A stretch of DNA of 54,241 bases, counting the filler, from Sphacelaria rigidula (taxonomy: Eukaryota): NCBI GenBank assembly GCA_964200075.2. It is 5 parts of 5 records of this genome, joined end to end, with 100 filler letters (N's around TTAATTAATTAA, not from the genome) between each part and the next. Parts side by side here need not be neighbours in the genome. Positions count along the whole stretch, not along the records: positions 43,475 to 54,241 come from CAXNAA020005949.1; 4 more parts are not named here. One strand, given 5' to 3'. Shown one piece after another: positions 48,145 to 54,241 of this stretch. A model generated the notes under the pieces. It worked only from the letters and a program-made list of their open reading frames with translations. It was not told the origin of the DNA and did not search any database. The stretch's first letter is position 1. Each line of letters starts with the position of its first letter. A program made the position numbers and the translations under genes.

Positions 48145-51100
48145 ATCTGTCGATCAGTTGTCCCATGTTGACTGCGATTTTGTTGGTGATCAGCACAGCA
48201 CCTCCCGAAAGACGAGTAGGCTTGAGTTTTTCATGTTTTGCATGCGGTCACATGATCAGCGCGCGAGGTATCCTGATGAGACATTTTGATGCTGTACATG
48301 TTTTGTAAACGGCTGTAGGGCATGGCGGCGTGCGATAAGTAGTGAATAGCGCCGTCAGGTTCTTCCTTGCTGCGCTACAACTGCGCCAAAGCTGCTGTAC
48401 ACGGATCATACATCAAAGAAGAAACGTTACCTCGACTGTCTCGTGTGCTGCAGCGTCCACACATCCCCTCGAGCTGTGTTATTAGACTGTTGGTCTCGTC
48501 GAGATGCTATGAAAAGCAGGATCTTGAGGTGGGCAGTAGTCCGAGGCTTTGTGTAGGAAATACCTCAAGCTTGGAATTATTGGTCGCCGCGGTTGGTGGC
48601 ATACTCTGGATGATGACCAAACCTGTGGTTCCGCTTGCAACCTTTGATGACCAAGAAATTGAGATTTTCACTACCAGAACAATCGTGTAGGACAATCGAT
48701 GCACAGGAATGCTTCCGTGAGATCTGAGTGTTGACGAATCGAGTGTCTCCGCTTAGTTGCCTTGGGTACGTCTGTTTAGTGACGGTGGATGTATTCGTAG
48801 CGTAGGAGTTTATGCGACTATATAGTGTGAAATTTTGATGATCATTCAGTGTTCCGTTCCTCATGTGCTGCGTTGTAGACACAACAGTGTTTTTTCTTGG
48901 TTGTAGGCTGCATGACTCCAGATTCTCTGGATATCTGTGTGTCGTCATCACTTTTTGTGCCGTGTGTGTGTGTCGTGCCGTGCGACGTGTTCTGGTTTTG
49001 TTATCCTGCTTTTCTGGCAGGCCCGTTACCGGTGGAGCTATCGGGTATGGACCACCTGGAGCAGCTCACCATGCGAAGGCATCGCTTCAAGGGTGCGTGC
49101 GTGTGACGGGAGTCGATGTGTGCTGTGTCGCCGCGCTGTGGATGGGTGGTCGTTTGTGTGAGAGAAGTTGGCGGTTTAGCACGTGAGCCTCATTTTTTGT
49201 AATCTTGGCACTTGAGCACACGGTGTGATGATGTAATATAAACCTTACTCTGAAACGTATATGGTGGCTGCTGGCAACCTTGACAGCAGAGGAAAAACTT
49301 GAGTACTCGACCCGCTCGCCGAAGGAGAGGTTCTTGAGAGGTAGCGCTATCTCTATGGTTTGTGTCTTCTGGATCTGAAATTATTTCAAAATGTGTACAA
49401 GATGTGTTACTTTATGCTCCATATTTTCGAAAAAAAATTACCTTGGATATTATTTAAAGTCTGAACGACAGGGCTTCATCGTGTTGTCTTTCCCTTGTCC
49501 AAAAACCCCCCAGCAAACCATCCAACCATCCATTCTCAACCAACCAATCAATTAATTCATACATATATATATGTATAGTCATTGTCTTTCCCTTGTCCAA
49601 AAACCAAAAATCATTTTCCAACCCAACATCCCCATCTCATCCTATTTTTTTTATTATATATAAACCTGTATTTTTTGTGTTCCCTGTTTCCAAAAAAAAA
49701 TAATCCGCCCCCAACACCCCCTACGACTACGGAGGGAAGGAAATTGGACTATTTTGGCTTCATTTCCCATCAAAAGTGACCTACTATATTCAAGGTACCA
49801 TACACGATAAAATAATATTTAATTCAACTTCAATTCAATTTGTTTGTTGTTTTATTGAGATTGTATATATGATCGGCAGTTGTTTACGGATTCAGGGTTC
49901 GAAACCGTGGAGGATAACATGGGTCGCACCACGTCGGTGTGCGTTTCGCTTTGAGTTTGATGTCTCACTGCTGTGAGGACATTTGTAGTCTCACGTGCAT
50001 TTTCCCCTGTTCCAGACGTGAGTATCGCGAGAGTTACGACGCCGTCGATTGTGAAGGGTCGGATGACGTTGGATTTAGATTTTTCTCGAGATTTTTGTTA
50101 CTTCCAAAAAAAATGCTATCCCCTACTCGTCCGAAAAAGAAAAACGTACAAAACTACTTTCGGAAGAATCTATGGTCGGTCTCAGATTCATCTATTGCCT
50201 GACTGGGTCAACAAATCTGCTCTCGCATTTTTCGGGGAAATAATTTTTCTCTCCCGAATTACCGGAGATTTTTTGGTAGGGGGAAATAGACCCGTTGTAT
50301 TCCTGTGAGGAATGCGGCAGAAATCGGACGATACCGGCGTGAGATAACTCTGCAGGTGTATACGTCGATCATCGGATGGGCGATCGAGTGTTACACTTGT
50401 TTCATGTGACTAATGTGAGGAAATAATTATAATTATAATAATAATTGTATTCTTGTGAGTTCAGTGGGGCAGGGTGACGTTCGTTTCGACGTTTCTCATT
50501 TTGATGGTCACTTTTTTTCTCTTCCCTTCGTAAATTCCGCTGTGTCGTCGAATGTTTTTGCCGATGCTGGTTGCTGCGTGCGTGGTTTACACAGTCGTTG
50601 GCCATATGCTGTACTGGTACTGGTGTCCATGTTGCCATGTTTATCTCGAATTGTCACTTTTTTTTTCATTCTTGTGATGGTCCATTCTTGCTTTTGACTC
50701 GCTCTAGTTGGCTTTTTTTTTTCATTACCGTCGCATCATATAAAAGCTTTCCTACTCTGATCCGAGGTCGTAAGGCGTAACCGTTTCATCGCCAGTGTAG
50801 GTCATTTGATCAATAGGCACCTCTCACTAGGAAAAGTTACCTGGTACCCGCATCGCTCACCGTAGGGAGCTTCAACCACGCACTGGGAAGAATACTACTC
50901 CTCCGGTGTGGATGCACTCGTAATGTTGCTTGCGTGGTCAGAGGAGGGAGGTGACGTGTATTTATTTTGTCGTTTAAATTTCACGGACCGTTGGTCGTGA
51001 TGTTGTTTGCCTCGCTATGCCCATCCTTCACGTGTCTGTGTGTGCAGGTCGCATTCCGGCCGAGCTGGGCAAGCTCACGAAGCTGACGCACCTCAACTTG

Positions 51101-53722
51101 AGCAACTGCAGGCTGATCGGGTTCCTCCCGCCGGAGTTCGGCGAGCTGGTGAATCTGGTCGTGCTCAATCTCAGCTGGAATTTTCTCAGCGGTGAGAGAA
51201 GAGGAATATGGGAAGAAAAAAAGAAAGAGGGGAGCAGAGAAAAAGTGGAAGTCTACCGTGTTCGGTGTGTTGGATATGATGGCTATGCAATGGGAGTAGA
51301 ACACGGGCTGTGAGGATGCTTCTCCGATGGTCGGTGGAAGTTTGTTTTGTAGTCGATTGTACTGCGGGATAGGTGGGATGAGCGCTTGAGAGGCGTACTT
51401 ACTCATTTGTTGCTTGCCTCAGTTGTTTGGCCATTGACGACTCATCCCTTTCAAGACGGAGCGCCGTTCGTACTCCTGATATAATGGAGACGCCTCAAAC
51501 ATGTAGGTTCCAAGAGGGGGGGGGCGGGGGGGGGGGGGGGGCGAAAAGCAAAGAGGGGGGAAAGAAGGAGGAAGGAAACGCGCTGAGGGAGGAAAACACA
51601 GACTGACGGACAANNNNNNNNNNGTTGAGTTGTTCTCAAACTCCATGTTTTTATTTCCTGGAGTAGGTTTTACGCCTGTATAGTACAGGTTATTTGCGAT
51701 AGAGACGGAAAACTGTATTTTATGAACCAATGATGGTCAACAACACCCTCTTGATGAACGAGGTCTTGCTTTGTATCACCCCGAAATAACCGACGTGAAG
51801 ATTGTGTCCTGAGCTCGACCTGTTTATTTCATCAATATTTAACGACTCTAGCGATTTCGAGTTCTAAGGAAGAAAAGTATGCGAGAAATATTGAAAGTAC
51901 CTAATTGCAAATTTCTTATTTCGATTACATGATGTTGGCGGCTTGACCTTCATTACTGCTGTAAAAGCGCTTTGAAACCATCCTCTCGATATGGATGAAA
52001 GGCGAAACAAATAACTCACTACAGTAGTGCCCCCGATTCTATGCCGGGTAGTGTGTGTACGTTATGTTGTCCCAACTATCTGGACGCCGGTCTACACCTT
52101 TGGGTATATGTGGGCGCACTAGCCGGGGTCACACAGGAGAAACGTTAACAAAGGAGCTTTTTTTTCTCTATTTGTTATTTGTACTCCACCTTCCTTCTGC
52201 GGTGCTTGCCTTCATTTTTTATCGCGAGAGGGGTTCATCAGTCCCTTTCCCTCGTCGACCGTTGTGTACTCATGACACGGTTGCTCTCCATTGTTGGGGT
52301 AGTGCCCCCCTAAAAACCCTACCCGGTATAAAACGATCTTTATGCCGTTTCGGCACATAACCGGGGGAAACTTGTATACCGGTTCAGCATAAAACCGGAC
52401 TAGCACACAAAGCACAATTATGCACTATGTCCAACCCTTTGACCGTGAATCCACGTTGTTTTGAGTAACATTTGGGTGCAGATGGGCTTACGGGTAGATG
52501 GCCTCTGTCTAGAGAGTTGTATTGCTGATGAAGGAAATAAATTTACTGTGTACAGTAGCAGACTGCTACTGTGCCCATACAGTGCTAGGTGAATGATCTT
52601 GCTCTTGTTGTGAGAACGCCCGATGACCTACAAGTGTTGGCATGACTTACAACTTCGAGTTATGCCGTGTTCGTGCTTCACTCGCGGCAAGCTCGCATGG
52701 CAAGCTGATCTCCGGGTACAAAAATGTATCCCGAGTCGGCATAGAAACGGTCCGACAATACGCCGATTCGGCATAAACTATGATACATGCCGTGTATGGG
52801 CGGACAATACGAAAGCGGCGTAAAAGAGAAAAAATATGTTCCCCGGAAGAAAACGGCCTATAATCCATTTGGCACTAAATCGGGGCCACGACTGTTGTAA
52901 GGAAATGAACGAAAGGAGTGGAAATGATGACACAGATTTCCCCTCCTGATTACTGAGTGCATGAATGAGTGCCGCCCCGTCCTGATCACTGGCGAAGAGT
53001 AATCACATTATCTTTCGGTTACTCGATTTTTTTGTTATTGATTGATTGAGTGAGATGTTTTCCGAATGTTTGACTGGTTTCGACGGCCTTTACTTTTTCA
53101 CGATTGCTCTCGTGTTCATGAGGGATGAAAGGGCGCCTTTTCCACTTATTGTGCTGTTATTGTAGTCCGTTTGTATACGTGAGCTTGTTTCATGACTGGA
53201 TGTATTCATGTTTCGTTTTATCGCTTGTGGTGCCTCTTTTTTTTCACTGTTTTTTCTGGTATCCTTTTTCATTTTTTTTGCTTTTTCTTTTCGTGGATGC
53301 GCTGCTTGTAAGTGTCTGCTGTCTGCATGCATGCCCGCTTTTGCTTCGCTCTATTGGTCTGTCTCGATTCATTGTATTGTAGTTTACTTATCCGTAGAAA
53401 GGATGTTTCATACCTCCTGTTCATTCACGTGTTCTTGGAGGAGGGAGGGGGCTCATGCCCTCACGAGGTATTCATACCACACCACACCTACATATGTAAG
53501 TCAGCGTACGTACACGTTCGTGTCGTTATTTCCGACTTTCATAGTATTCAAACTGTTTGGGTGGAATTTGATCAGGCGAGCTACCGTCGGACCTGGGCCG
53601 GCTGACGAAGTTGGAGGAGCTGCTACTCAACAGCAACGCGTTCAGCGGTGCTCTCCCGCCAGAGATTGGGAAGTTGAGGAAGCTGCAGAGGTTCAATGCG
53701 GGGCACAACATTGGCATTTCTG
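47798..53722 (+). CDS. Leucine-rich-repeat protein (brown-algal 24-aa plant-specific-type LRRs with N-cap); spliced, 3'-partial
   Basis: All introns are phase 1. Exon 47798-48065 (alternative ATG 47777) encodes an N-cap, ALMAVLRLYD...GWGVDENIENWDGVYLDMNDRVVALDV. Exon 49021-49092 (72 nt): GPLPVELSGMDHLEQLTMRRHRFK. Exon 51048-51191 (144 nt): GRIPAELGKLTKLTHLNLSNCRLIGFLPPEFGELVNLVVLNLSWNFLS. Exon 53576-53722 (147 nt): GELPSDLGRLTKLEELLLNSNAFSGALPPEIGKLRKLQRFNAGHNIGIS. Confidence 0.9.
48078..48144. repeat. (TTGC)n microsatellite just inside first LRR-gene intron
   Basis: About 16 perfect TTGC units. Confidence 0.95.
52051..52290 (-). mobile_element. 5'-truncated SINE copy in LRR-gene intron
   Basis: TCTGGACG.C.GTCTACACCTTT.GGTA.ATGTGGGCGCA...CACCTTCCT.CTGCGG...TTTATCGCGAGA...CCCTTT.CCTCGTCGACC is shared with 39395-39580; it lacks the tRNA-like head. 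Confidence 0.75.
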
Positions 53723-54073
53723 GTACGTTATGCGGTCGGGGAAGGCGGGTGGTCGCGTGCTGCGCTATGCTTCTTCATCGGTCGTGGGCAATTCGAATGA
53801 GTAAATCGTTGAAGCGGAGTCCGCGTGCCTACTACTAAACTGCCCTGTTGACGGTTTTCGTTGTTGGGCATGTTATTGTTTTTATGGATCCTATGTTGCG
53901 ATTCAGGTGGTGCTCTATGGTGGGTGATACAGCTCTCATGGTCCTCACGTTCTTGCTTTTGCCGCTGCAGTTCTTTTTTTTTTTCAAGTAACGGGTGCTT
54001 CCACAACGATGTCAAACTTCAATATGTTTTTTTTTTCCCTTGTGTCGTGAGAAGGTCTTGACGCTATTTTAGC

Positions 54074-54207
54074 GACATTTTGTACGATGGCTCCCAGTCC
54101 CCCCAAAAAAACAGCCGAAAAGTGTCGAGAACAAACCCGAGCGTGGGAATTCCCAGCTGCTCGTTGTGACCGGTTTTTTCAATTTCGACTCACATTTGAG
54201 ATTTTGC
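54074..54207 (+). repeat. Dispersed repeat copy matching 43910-44123
   Basis: Direct sequence match, same orientation. Confidence 0.85.
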
Positions 54208-54241
54208 CCCCTCAAGTCAAGCACTCTTTTCGGGGGGAGAT

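Overview
This is eukaryotic, intron-rich nuclear DNA, most consistent with a brown alga (Phaeophyceae, Ectocarpus-like). That call rests on GC-rich short exons, kb-long GT-AG introns full of repeats, phase-1 LRR exons and TTAGGG motifs. The window is NOT one locus. It is five unrelated contigs (1-10770, 10871-21638, 21739-32506, 32607-43374, 43475-54241; 10770/10768/10768/10768/10767 bp, i.e. size-sorted) joined by 100-nt N-TTAATTAATTAA-N linkers. Most listed six-frame ORFs are spurious; the real genes are spliced. By manual exon chaining I reconstruct seven genes: (1) a 5'-partial adenylate kinase 7-like gene with a Dpy-30 motif and a degenerate P-loop; (2) a 5'-partial intron-containing membrane-protein gene resembling bacterial PTS-EIIC-like sugar permeases (the most interesting item); (3) a partial TPR gene; (4) the last exon of a probable LYR-motif protein; (5) a low-confidence acidic hypothetical gene with a possible spliced uORF overlapping its ATG; (6) a 5'-partial CCZ1-like tri-longin gene; (7) a 3'-partial LRR gene built from phase-1 72/144/147-nt exons. 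Repeats include a 99-bp piggyBac-type MITE with TTAA TSDs, a tRNA-derived SINE family (3 copies), an RTE-LINE remnant, foldbacks and tandem duplications. Family assignments come from remembered motif similarity; no database search was run.
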